Shown here: in pieces, positions 41,576-49,558 of the stretch
Layout of the letters: each line of letters starts with the position of its first letter
Position numbering within the stretch: the stretch's first letter is position 1
IMG/VR virus record: IMGVR_UViG_3300042691_012617
Coordinates: 64,001-128,000 of that record
From: a virus
DNA: 64,000 bases
Strand: one strand, 5' to 3'
Program-made: the position numbers and the translations under genes
Notes under the pieces: model-generated
What the model saw: the letters and a program-made list of their open reading frames with translations, nothing else
Databases searched by the model: none
What the model was told of the DNA's origin: nothing

Positions 41576-42175
41576 TCAAAGTTTGCGCTTCAACTTCTTG
41601 TTAAGGTCTTTGGTCTTCTTCAGGTTACGAGCGAAGTACATGCCACGCTTGCCTGGTGGTTCTTGTCCTGGAGACACACCCGCGATGTTCCCACCCCCGA
41701 CATTGTTGACGGGAGCATCTTCGCGCTGAACAGATTCGATGGTGAAGACTTTTCCTTCATGCTTGTAGATCGGATGTCCCAAGAACTCATCCGATGGAAG
41801 AAGTTCTTCCTCTAGCACGATGGACATTGCGATTCCATGGATAGAAATCGTTCCCGCAGGAATCGCAACTGGCTCTGCATTTTCCATGATCGTGCGGTGA
41901 GTCAATCCACGCTTGGTCAGTTCCTCAAGCATTAGTCTTTCGATTGCGCTTTCGGGCATGTCATCGCTGCAATACTCTTGGATCTTATATCCATACTCTG
42001 CGACTGCATGTGGGGTGTACGGCTGCGACCAAATGGTAAACGGTTCACCCGCCTCCATGACTTGGCGCAGTTTATAGATGTACGATTCAAACCTATTCTT
42101 GCGCTCAGGGAAGTCCCTCCAAGGGCAATTCATGAGATGCTTGAAACGCTCTGTGATCAGGTGTTGAATGTCCAT
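41576..42175 (-). CDS. Hypothetical T4-like phage protein
   Basis: C-terminal EDAPVNNVGGGNIAGV..EPPG motif seen in aquatic T4-like phages. Confidence 0.65.
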   Translation of the reverse strand: MDIQHLITERFKHLMNCPWRDFPERKNRFESYIYKLRQVMEAGEPFTIWSQPYTPHAVAEYGYKIQEYCSDDMPESAIERLMLEELTKRGLTHRTIMENAEPVAIPAGTISIHGIAMSIVLEEELLPSDEFLGHPIYKHEGKVFTIESVQREDAPVNNVGGGNIAGVSPGQEPPGKRGMYFARNLKKTKDLNKKLKRKL

Positions 42176-42567
42176 CAGATGCTCCGCAGTTTCTTTATGA
42201 TGTCCTTGTCCATTGGAATCTTGACGAGGTCAATGCTCAGGTGAAACCGAGTCGGTTGGCTGTCGGGCAAGTACTCCAAGAAGACCAAGAATGTCTTCAG
42301 TATGTAGTGCAAATCCTCGTCTATCTTGAAGAACAGGAGTTGCGTCCCTGCCTCCACCCCGAAGACATTGCAGAATGTGATTATGTGATTGAGGATCAGA
42401 CGATCCCGAAGGACACCCGACTTCTTGTAGCGTCGAAAGAGACGCTTCAGGTAGACGATACGGGCAAGATCTTCTTCGAACTCTTTGACCCCCATGCATT
42501 GGGGATTGTCGTAGTTCCGCATCGCGTATCGGACATAGTTTTCATCGGTCAGGCTGTCGCCTTTCAT
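42175..42567 (-). CDS. Conserved T4-like phage hypothetical protein
   Basis: LT.EN...YAM.NYDNPQC...EF.EDL.R..Y.KRL..RY..G.L..RLILNHII..NVFG. Confidence 0.75.
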   Translation of the reverse strand: MKGDSLTDENYVRYAMRNYDNPQCMGVKEFEEDLARIVYLKRLFRRYKKSGVLRDRLILNHIITFCNVFGVEAGTQLLFFKIDEDLHYILKTFLVFLEYLPDSQPTRFHLSIDLVKIPMDKDIIKKLRSI

Positions 42568-42585
42568 TACGAAGAGCCATGGCTA

Positions 42586-43077
42586 TTAGCCGTTGGGCAC
42601 GATCATCGCATGGACTTGAGTCAATCCATTTGGCAACTTGTTGGTCTCAACACGGAGTGCGAGACCATGACCGAGCATGGGGGTGATTCCGTCATCGTGA
42701 TTTGTTCCGTAGGTCGTGCCGTCAGAACCAAACACGCCACCGAAACGAACAAGAGGAAGAAGTTCCTCTGTCTGTGTTGAGAGACGCATGGCACAGTCAC
42801 GATCCATATGGAAATCTAGACCGACCATCTGAAGCCGACCCTGTGCCTGTTTTAGGGCAGACACAGGGTCGATGTATGGCTTCGCAGATAGCGCACCGAG
42901 ATAGGTGTTGATACGAGCAATCGCTGCATTCGAAAGAGAGGACAGGTTGATGTCGGTGCCATCAAGTGCGTTGTCGCCATCCTGTGGACCTACCCGACCA
43001 CGAATGCCCACCATGTCATATGCGGCATGGGCAGCGGTTTCGTTGATTGTCTTTCTCAGTTCTTTGAACGATCTCAT
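42586..43077 (-). CDS. Hypothetical protein with capsid-targeting-like leader
   Basis: Starts MRSFKELRKTINE; AGGAG RBS. Confidence 0.65.
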   Translation of the reverse strand: MRSFKELRKTINETAAHAAYDMVGIRGRVGPQDGDNALDGTDINLSSLSNAAIARINTYLGALSAKPYIDPVSALKQAQGRLQMVGLDFHMDRDCAMRLSTQTEELLPLVRFGGVFGSDGTTYGTNHDDGITPMLGHGLALRVETNKLPNGLTQVHAMIVPNG

Positions 43078-43088
43078 GTTAACTCCTA

Positions 43089-43874
43089 TCAAGCGGTTGT
43101 ACCAAAGGACACATAGAAGGTAGTGGCAGCAGTCAGTCCACCCGCACCATTATCGGTGACAAGAAGAGTTACTGTGCGAGGTCCGCTGTTTGCAGTTGCA
43201 CCAACCTTGTTGATCTTGAACACGGCGATGTTGTTGTTGATGTCCGAAGTGGGGCCAAAGAAGGTTTCATAGATCGCGGAGGGAACACCAGTTAGGAGAG
43301 TGCTTCCTGAGATGATGTTACCCGCTGCGCCGAACTGATCGGTTACTTCAGAGAAAGAAAGATTCTGCGTGAAGTTAGCGTCATTTGCAACAACCTTGAT
43401 GTAAGCGGTCTGACCACCACCAAACTGCAAGGTAGAGACTCCGTAACCATTTACGGCATAACTTCCATAATTGGCACCACTTCCAGTAGCAGAGTTGGCG
43501 AAAGAGAGACCAAGCCCATCAACACCACCCGCAGTTGCGCTGTCGCCGCTGAACGGACATGTAAAGTACGGACGAGTGTTTGCCGCTTCTCCCGATGCAG
43601 CCGCGCCACCCGTAGCCGAAATGCGACCCGCATAGGATGAACTCGTAACGCCCGTGATCGATGGATCGATTGGCATTGCAACGAGAAGTTCCATAAACGG
43701 AGTACTGAATGTCAGGGAGGTCGCACCTCGGACACCCATCAACTGACCGCCAAGCGAAGTGCCGTCAAGTGGAAGTTCCCAACCCGCAACTGTGCGGATG
43801 CAGCGAATCTTTTGCGATGCGTTGAGCCATGTAGGCTTAGATTCCTCGCGGTCGTTTGCGTTCCAGTAAGACAT
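43089..43874 (-). CDS. Putative virion structural protein
   Basis: MSYW...D..ESKPTWL..GW..ELLVAM; G/S/T-rich; ATAAATA at 43900-43906. Confidence 0.6.
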   Translation of the reverse strand: MSYWNANDREESKPTWLNASQKIRCIRTVAGWELPLDGTSLGGQLMGVRGATSLTFSTPFMELLVAMPIDPSITGVTSSSYAGRISATGGAAASGEAANTRPYFTCPFSGDSATAGGVDGLGLSFANSATGSGANYGSYAVNGYGVSTLQFGGGQTAYIKVVANDANFTQNLSFSEVTDQFGAAGNIISGSTLLTGVPSAIYETFFGPTSDINNNIAVFKINKVGATANSGPRTVTLLVTDNGAGGLTAATTFYVSFGTTA

Positions 43875-43902
43875 TTTTGTGGTTCTCCTCTGTGCTTTCT
43901 AT

Positions 43903-44340
43903 TTATCCGCCGATTTTCGGTGGGTTCTTGCCCTTGCCTGCTAGACCGTCATTGGTACCGAGACTCGACTTGGAAGTCGGCTTGGCAGTCTTGCTAGCAA
44001 CAGAGGCGGGGGTTTCTAGTTCATTTGCCTTATGCGAAGGGTTCGAAACCTTTCCTGCGGGAACGACTGCTGTCTTTCCCTCAAGGTGCAGTTGAACTGC
44101 CTTGGCAAAGTCATTGGCTTCCTTGGTGGTACCACGGCAACCACAATCCTTCACAGCCTCATTGAAGAGATTGACAAGGGTGTTGCGACGATCCTCAAGG
44201 ACGGTCTTTTCTGCAACGATCTTGGCGGCTTCAGCAGCCTTCTCTCCCAAGCAAGGGAGGATGTCTACATCGTTGCGATGTTCGTTTAGGAACTTGGTGA
44301 TGTCAGCGACCACCTTAGAGTTGAATGGATTGTGGAACAT
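43903..44340 (-). CDS. Hypothetical late protein
   Basis: AGGAG RBS, canonical TATAAATA at 44363-44370. Confidence 0.65.
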   Translation of the reverse strand: MFHNPFNSKVVADITKFLNEHRNDVDILPCLGEKAAEAAKIVAEKTVLEDRRNTLVNLFNEAVKDCGCRGTTKEANDFAKAVQLHLEGKTAVVPAGKVSNPSHKANELETPASVASKTAKPTSKSSLGTNDGLAGKGKNPPKIGG

Positions 44341-44378
44341 GGTGTCTCCTGTTGATACTGGTTATTTATAGATGCGCG

Positions 44379-44639
44379 TTATCCGCCCTTTGCTTTCTTC
44401 CAAAGATCGGCATCAGCAGTCTTGCGGGTCTTGCCACCCACAATGAAAGAGTTCACACGGGCGAATGCCCATTGATGGCTTGTAGCACCAGGACGGTGTC
44501 CCCCCTTCCATGCAGCCATGCCCCTGTCATACACTTTCTTGAGGATGCCGTATGAAATGCCGCTAGCCTTTGCTTTTTTTTCCAAAGCGGCGATGCGAGC
44601 CTCTGTAATGTCTTGTTTCAGGGACTTGTAGTTTTTCAT
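44379..44639 (-). CDS. Small basic protein (DUF5824-like C-terminal half) with capsid-targeting-like leader
   Basis: MKNYKSLKQDITE then LKKVYDRGMAAWKGGHRPGATSHQWAFARVNSF..TADADL; ATGA-coupled to upstream gene. Confidence 0.7.
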   Translation of the reverse strand: MKNYKSLKQDITEARIAALEKKAKASGISYGILKKVYDRGMAAWKGGHRPGATSHQWAFARVNSFIVGGKTRKTADADLWKKAKGG

Positions 44640-47600
44640 GACTTCTTCTCGGGGTTGTAGCCCCATACCTTGAGTGCGAGCAACTTGCGTGTTGGGCGAC
44701 CCTTCTCGTCACGCATGCCGCCCTTGGCACCCTTCATGCGGTTGATGAAGTTAACTTGCTTACCCGCCCATTTCCAATCGTTTGGTGTCCACTTTTCCTT
44801 GGGGGTGTCAAGCATGCGGATGATGGCACGGGCAGAGTCACGACCACTTGTGATCTTCTTGCCTCCTGCTCCTGCCTTTCCTGCCTCCTTGCGAGACAGA
44901 CCCGCTTCCTTGCCCTCGTCAGAATCAAGGAACGACTGAATCTCCTTGCCCGACATGTTTACGAGTTTCTGCCACTCCTTGTAGAGAGCCGACTTTTCCT
45001 CTTCCGACTTCTCTTCGCCAAGCCGCTCACGCTCTCCTGGAGTGTCCTTCTTATATGTCTTGACGATCTCGTCGCTGCCGACCAACAGCGGGCCTCTCTT
45101 GCCCATTGCAGTCCATTGCAGGACAGCATTGATCTTCTTCGATTCGTTCAGCCAGTTCTCTGTGGTATCGGTTTCCTCGCCGTGCATCTTCCACGCAGTA
45201 GCATAGAAGACTTCCTTCCAACGCTTGCCATATCGCTTTTGGAACTCCTTCTTGATCTTCTCTTTCTTGGAGAAGCGACGAGCAGGGCCGCTTGGAGGAC
45301 TGACTTCGACCAAGAGGTAGTCAAAGTCTTCGTTGATGTCGGTCTTGGGCAATTCGCTGCCCATCTCGCTATCGCGGATTTCCTTCAGCAAATCAATGTA
45401 TGAACGAGTCAATTGGGCAGCCTCCTGCATGTTACGAGTCAAGCAACGCTCCTCGTAGGCAATTGCCATACGAAGTTTGATTGCGTTTCTTTCATCAGAT
45501 TCATCGATCTTGGACAGACGCTCCATTGCATCGTCGTGTTCGTAGCCATTCTTGAGAGCCTTCAACTTACCCTTCTTGGCGAGTTTCTTGTACAGGGTGC
45601 TGTACTTCGATGGCTTGGTCTTGATGTCTTTCTCATCGGGATTGACAAACTCCCATGTCTGTGGATCGTCATCAGACATTGTCTTGCGCTTTTCAAGACG
45701 CTTCTTGCGAAGTTCGGCTTCTTTCTTGCTCAGACCCGCGACATACTTCTTGGGTAGACCCGAACCCTTGTCCTTTGGGCTTTCCTTTGTTTTACCTGTC
45801 TTGGTCTTGAACTCCTTGCCCTTCGTGACATCTGCTTCAATAAGGGGATTGCCTTCCATCTCATCGCCCATACCGAGCATGCTGAGGAAACTCATGGCAC
45901 CCGACACCAACTTAGTGGCGTAGACACCAATATCAATACCACCCGATTCCATGAACTTGTGGAATAGTTTGGCAATGATCTTGCCAATCTTGTTGTCTTG
46001 GGCAAACATTGAAAGGGTAACCCCTGCGCCCGAAGCCTTGTATGCCTGAAGCATGACTTCATCGCGGACACGCATGACTTCTCGCTTGAAATCTGCGGGT
46101 GGAATCTTGCCTTTCTTGTTCACCAAAGTGAAGACCTTTGCGCTGACTGCGGGAGTCTTCATGATCTCCGCAACAGCCTTCGCAGCATCTTTGACTGCGG
46201 TCTTTTCAACAAGTTCTTCCTCTTCTTCCTCGTCGCCCTTGCGCTTGGAGTTGATATCGGGCTGTGGGTAGATCGCTTCTGCGGGATCGACAACCATGCC
46301 TGTCTTACTGAGGAACTGCAATCCAATCAGCACCTTTGTGGACATGTGACTGCGGTCGCCAAGGCTGAACTTGATGTTGGGATATTTCTTGCCATGGAAC
46401 TCAATGTCCATGAGAACCACAAGACGCTTCTTCTCACCGATACCGCTCTTGACGGTGATGCGACTGACGATCTTTTTAGTGACCTTCTTGCCATTGGGCA
46501 ACTTGAAGGTGACTGTGTGATCGCCGTTGTCCTTGATGTCCTCGGCATGGATCATGTTGTAGCCGCTGTTGCCCGTGTCGATCTTGGCGGTGTACTCCGC
46601 ACCATCGATCTTCACTTCTTCACGCACGGCTAGGTTGGAGAACAACTTCCAATGTGCCTTGTTGAGGATGTAATCGACCAAGTCCTCTACAAGTTCCTCC
46701 CCCTTGACATTGTTCTTGCCCTTGCCATCCTCGTAGTAGCGGTAGTAAATGTTTCCGCTACCTGGGCTTGCATTCATCTCAATGATGTATGGCTTGCCCT
46801 GATTGATGACATGGTCGATACCGACATAGTAGCACTTGCTTACCCTTGCAGCCCGCTCCACCAACTTTATTTCCTCGTCAGAAAGTTGGAAAGACCCGCC
46901 CTTTGAACCACGGGCGATATTCGTGCGGAAGTCCTTGGGTGCCTTGTCTCTCTTGGCACACGCAAAGATCTTTCCGTTCAGCACGATGCTGCGGACATCG
47001 TTCTTGAAGTCAGGTAGGAACTCCTGAATGATGACTTCTGCCTTGTACTTCCATAGCGTCTGAAGCACCGACTTCAGGCTCTCCATGCTTTCGATCTTGG
47101 AGACACCGATGCCTTCCGCGCCCGTGAGAGTCTTCACAATGATCGGGAACTTGCCACCGACTTCCTTGACCGCAGTTTCAATGTTCTCCTCGTTGGCAAC
47201 GAATGCCGTGCGGGGGTGGGGCAACTCATGCTTCTTCAGGGCGATTGCCGTCTCCAACTTGTTGGCGCACAGTTCCATGCCACCACGCTCGTTGACCATG
47301 AACACGCCATTGTTCTGTAGGATGGTCATGATTGCGACTCCGATGTCGCTATTCATCACGCCACCGCGAACAATAGCAACCGTGTCGCTTGGATTGATGG
47401 TGCAGTCCTTGCCTTCACCGTCATAGTTCTTGATGACGATCTTCTTCGATGCAACGCTAGAAATGTCAACCTGAGCCTTGCTCGTCTTCACGGCATAGAA
47501 CTCAATCTTTCGTCGCTTGCAGATCGCTTCCATCTTCTCAATGGTGTCGCTCAGATCCTTCTCCGACGATGTGAGGGCTAGGATGGTTACCTTGTCCTCT

Positions 47601-48241
47601 CCATCCTTGGCTTCGAAGATGTACTCTTCCTTGAGGTTCAATCCTTTTCGGACATCGTTGTACATCTTCTTCTTGAGAGCCATGTCGGTTCCCGCGACAC
47701 CTGTGGCAAACTTCTTGAAGTCGCCATCAAATGCTGCTGCTCTCATCTTGGAGGCAGACATGCCCTGAACGCCCTGTGCATCATCGTCACGGGCTTCCCC
47801 TGCCTGTACGACTTCGAAGTTGTCGAATGAGTACTTGCGCTTCTTTGGATCGCGCTCGGCGGTTCTGCCCTTGTACTTTGCGATGTTCTTGAAATTCTCG
47901 ACCTGATCGCTGCCTGCAATCATCACGATGTTCTTGTAGCCCAAGTCACAGACATGCAGAACCGCAGAGTATGGATCTCCCGCCTTGTTCAGAGGGAACT
48001 TCGCCTTGGGGAAGAACTTCTTCAAGTACTCCACCTTCTGCTTATGTGTCAGGGGATTCTTTTTGGGATCCTGTGAGGTAGAGGCAAAGATGAAGTGATC
48101 GGCATTCCGCTTGGATGCCTCGGAGAGAACTTTGTCAACAAGCACACCGTGACCGATTGTCGGTGGGTTCATGCGACCGAATGCAATGACTACCGTGTCT
48201 TTCTTCGGTGCTTCCGTGAGGTGCTGTGCAAAGTTCTTCAC
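44636..48241 (-). CDS. Multidomain protein: HIGH-family nucleotidyltransferase + RimK-type ATP-grasp ligase + RimB/DUF785-like protease + DUF5824-like and DUF3140-like modules
   Basis: FGRMNPPTIGH/AGSD/MSASKMR; NKLET..P.T, PIIVK..GAEGIGV, IQEF, FRTNIARG, GIDH, IIEMNASPG; AKIDTGN..R..V..F.L.DRSHM...LIG..FL; LVNMS..EI..FL.S..SGR.SA.AI..ALKVWGYNP. Confidence 0.85.
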   Translation of the reverse strand: MKNFAQHLTEAPKKDTVVIAFGRMNPPTIGHGVLVDKVLSEASKRNADHFIFASTSQDPKKNPLTHKQKVEYLKKFFPKAKFPLNKAGDPYSAVLHVCDLGYKNIVMIAGSDQVENFKNIAKYKGRTAERDPKKRKYSFDNFEVVQAGEARDDDAQGVQGMSASKMRAAAFDGDFKKFATGVAGTDMALKKKMYNDVRKGLNLKEEYIFEAKDGEDKVTILALTSSEKDLSDTIEKMEAICKRRKIEFYAVKTSKAQVDISSVASKKIVIKNYDGEGKDCTINPSDTVAIVRGGVMNSDIGVAIMTILQNNGVFMVNERGGMELCANKLETAIALKKHELPHPRTAFVANEENIETAVKEVGGKFPIIVKTLTGAEGIGVSKIESMESLKSVLQTLWKYKAEVIIQEFLPDFKNDVRSIVLNGKIFACAKRDKAPKDFRTNIARGSKGGSFQLSDEEIKLVERAARVSKCYYVGIDHVINQGKPYIIEMNASPGSGNIYYRYYEDGKGKNNVKGEELVEDLVDYILNKAHWKLFSNLAVREEVKIDGAEYTAKIDTGNSGYNMIHAEDIKDNGDHTVTFKLPNGKKVTKKIVSRITVKSGIGEKKRLVVLMDIEFHGKKYPNIKFSLGDRSHMSTKVLIGLQFLSKTGMVVDPAEAIYPQPDINSKRKGDEEEEEELVEKTAVKDAAKAVAEIMKTPAVSAKVFTLVNKKGKIPPADFKREVMRVRDEVMLQAYKASGAGVTLSMFAQDNKIGKIIAKLFHKFMESGGIDIGVYATKLVSGAMSFLSMLGMGDEMEGNPLIEADVTKGKEFKTKTGKTKESPKDKGSGLPKKYVAGLSKKEAELRKKRLEKRKTMSDDDPQTWEFVNPDEKDIKTKPSKYSTLYKKLAKKGKLKALKNGYEHDDAMERLSKIDESDERNAIKLRMAIAYEERCLTRNMQEAAQLTRSYIDLLKEIRDSEMGSELPKTDINEDFDYLLVEVSPPSGPARRFSKKEKIKKEFQKRYGKRWKEVFYATAWKMHGEETDTTENWLNESKKINAVLQWTAMGKRGPLLVGSDEIVKTYKKDTPGERERLGEEKSEEEKSALYKEWQKLVNMSGKEIQSFLDSDEGKEAGLSRKEAGKAGAGGKKITSGRDSARAIIRMLDTPKEKWTPNDWKWAGKQVNFINRMKGAKGGMRDEKGRPTRKLLALKVWGYNPEKKS

Positions 48242-49440
48242 GACTCGTTTACCTTTCTATTCTGTCTGCTGAACCGCAGACGATTGACCAACTTGACCGC
48301 CGTACCCGTTCTGACGATCACGATTCCTTCGGGGTCGGTGGGACGAATACCATCAGCATCCATGAAGAAGTGACCAAGGGCAGAGACCGCATACAACTTT
48401 CCAAGGATCATCTCCTTGACCTTTGCGATCTTGTTATGCAGTTCAAACATAGCATTGAACTGATCCTCGTAAGCATCGATGAAAGCGAGGATGTCGTTCA
48501 TGGCGGTTTCCTTCGCCTGTCTCCCCTTCTCGGTCTTCAACTTATTTAGTTCCTTTTCCAACTTAGTCTTTACATACAGTTTCAGACCACTTGCGCTGAA
48601 ACTGGTCAGACCGCCGTTGATCGTGCTGTTGATGTAGGGGAGCATCAGCGGCATGAGGTCTTTACGGGCAAGCAGGGGCTTCAGGAAAGGCTTTACCTTC
48701 TTGGCTAGCGTCTCGCACTCGGTGATGCCCCGAAGCGCGGTATCGCCTTCCCCGCCCTTCAGGAGGGCAGGGGTGAGGTCGTAGATGTTCGGATCGGTGA
48801 ACCAAACATCAGGATGCTGCTTGAGTTTGCTAGCGTTGAAGTTGAAGGTGGTTGCCTTCAAATCGGCAAGGGTCTTGCCTGAATACTCGGTGTGGAATGT
48901 AATTCCAATCTTTGCGGCTGCAATCCGCTTGCCGATTTCGCTGTCAGACGGGACGGTGTATAGAATCGTATTTGGTTGGAATCCAATATGTGGCTTTCCG
49001 CCAATCGTCAGACTCTTCTTACCATCAGCGGTGAACATCAGGTCGCCCTGAAGCACACCCTTGATTCCTACCTTTGGCAAATACTTCAGGCATTGAACCA
49101 ACTTGTCTGCCAAGTCCTTGATGTCAAATCCCTTGCGAATCTCTTCTTCGGTATGAAACACCTTCTGCACTTGCTTGCCGAAGACACCCTTGATAGCGAC
49201 GAAAAACTTCTTGTTCTCGGGATTGATGCCGCAGATAACAGCAGGCTTTCCATCCCATTTTGTGGACATTCCTAGCGATGTGTTGCCCGTCTTGAGACTC
49301 TGAACGATGTCCTTCATGAAGGCAATCGCATTGTCCAAGCCACTCCCACCCTTGAGGAGCATGAGATCTTCGATGTGATCTAGGTGCTTGTTCTGCTCAG
49401 TTTGCTCCATGAGAGGGAGCATTTGCTTAAATGACAGCAT
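48238..49440 (-). CDS. Conserved T4-like protein (DUF6267-like) with RNA-ligase/nucleotidyltransferase motifs
   Basis: HLDHIED, TKWDGKPA, QGDLMF, FQPNT, PEGIV, VKLVNR..FS..N; AGGAG RBS and CTAAATA 49460-49466. Confidence 0.7.
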   Translation of the reverse strand: MLSFKQMLPLMEQTEQNKHLDHIEDLMLLKGGSGLDNAIAFMKDIVQSLKTGNTSLGMSTKWDGKPAVICGINPENKKFFVAIKGVFGKQVQKVFHTEEEIRKGFDIKDLADKLVQCLKYLPKVGIKGVLQGDLMFTADGKKSLTIGGKPHIGFQPNTILYTVPSDSEIGKRIAAAKIGITFHTEYSGKTLADLKATTFNFNASKLKQHPDVWFTDPNIYDLTPALLKGGEGDTALRGITECETLAKKVKPFLKPLLARKDLMPLMLPYINSTINGGLTSFSASGLKLYVKTKLEKELNKLKTEKGRQAKETAMNDILAFIDAYEDQFNAMFELHNKIAKVKEMILGKLYAVSALGHFFMDADGIRPTDPEGIVIVRTGTAVKLVNRLRFSRQNRKVNES

Positions 49441-49478
49441 AGGGTGTCTCCTGTGCGGTTATTTAGGCTCATATGAAA

Positions 49479-49553
49479 TAGGCGGGGCGGGAGTCGAACC
49501 CGCATGAGGGCGATTATAAGTCACCACCTTTTACCACTATCAGGCACCCGCCC
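49479..49553 (-). tRNA. tRNA-Ile(UAU), CCA not encoded
   Basis: GGGCGGG/CCCGCCT acceptor, D-loop AGTGGTAA, GGTGA-CTTATAA-TCGCC anticodon arm, GCGGG-TTCGACT-CCCGC T-arm, discriminator A. Confidence 0.9.
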
Positions 49554-49558
49554 GTAGT

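Noticed and set aside
47640-48241. HIGH nucleotidyltransferase as the CDP-glucose synthase or CCA-adding enzyme
   Set aside because: RfbF-type enzymes are GT-A-like and CCA enzymes are Pol-beta-like; this domain is HIGH-family, so its substrate is left unassigned.
48543-48549. Intragenic CTAAATA as a promoter
   Set aside because: Lies ~300 nt from the next start within codons for ELNK; likely incidental.
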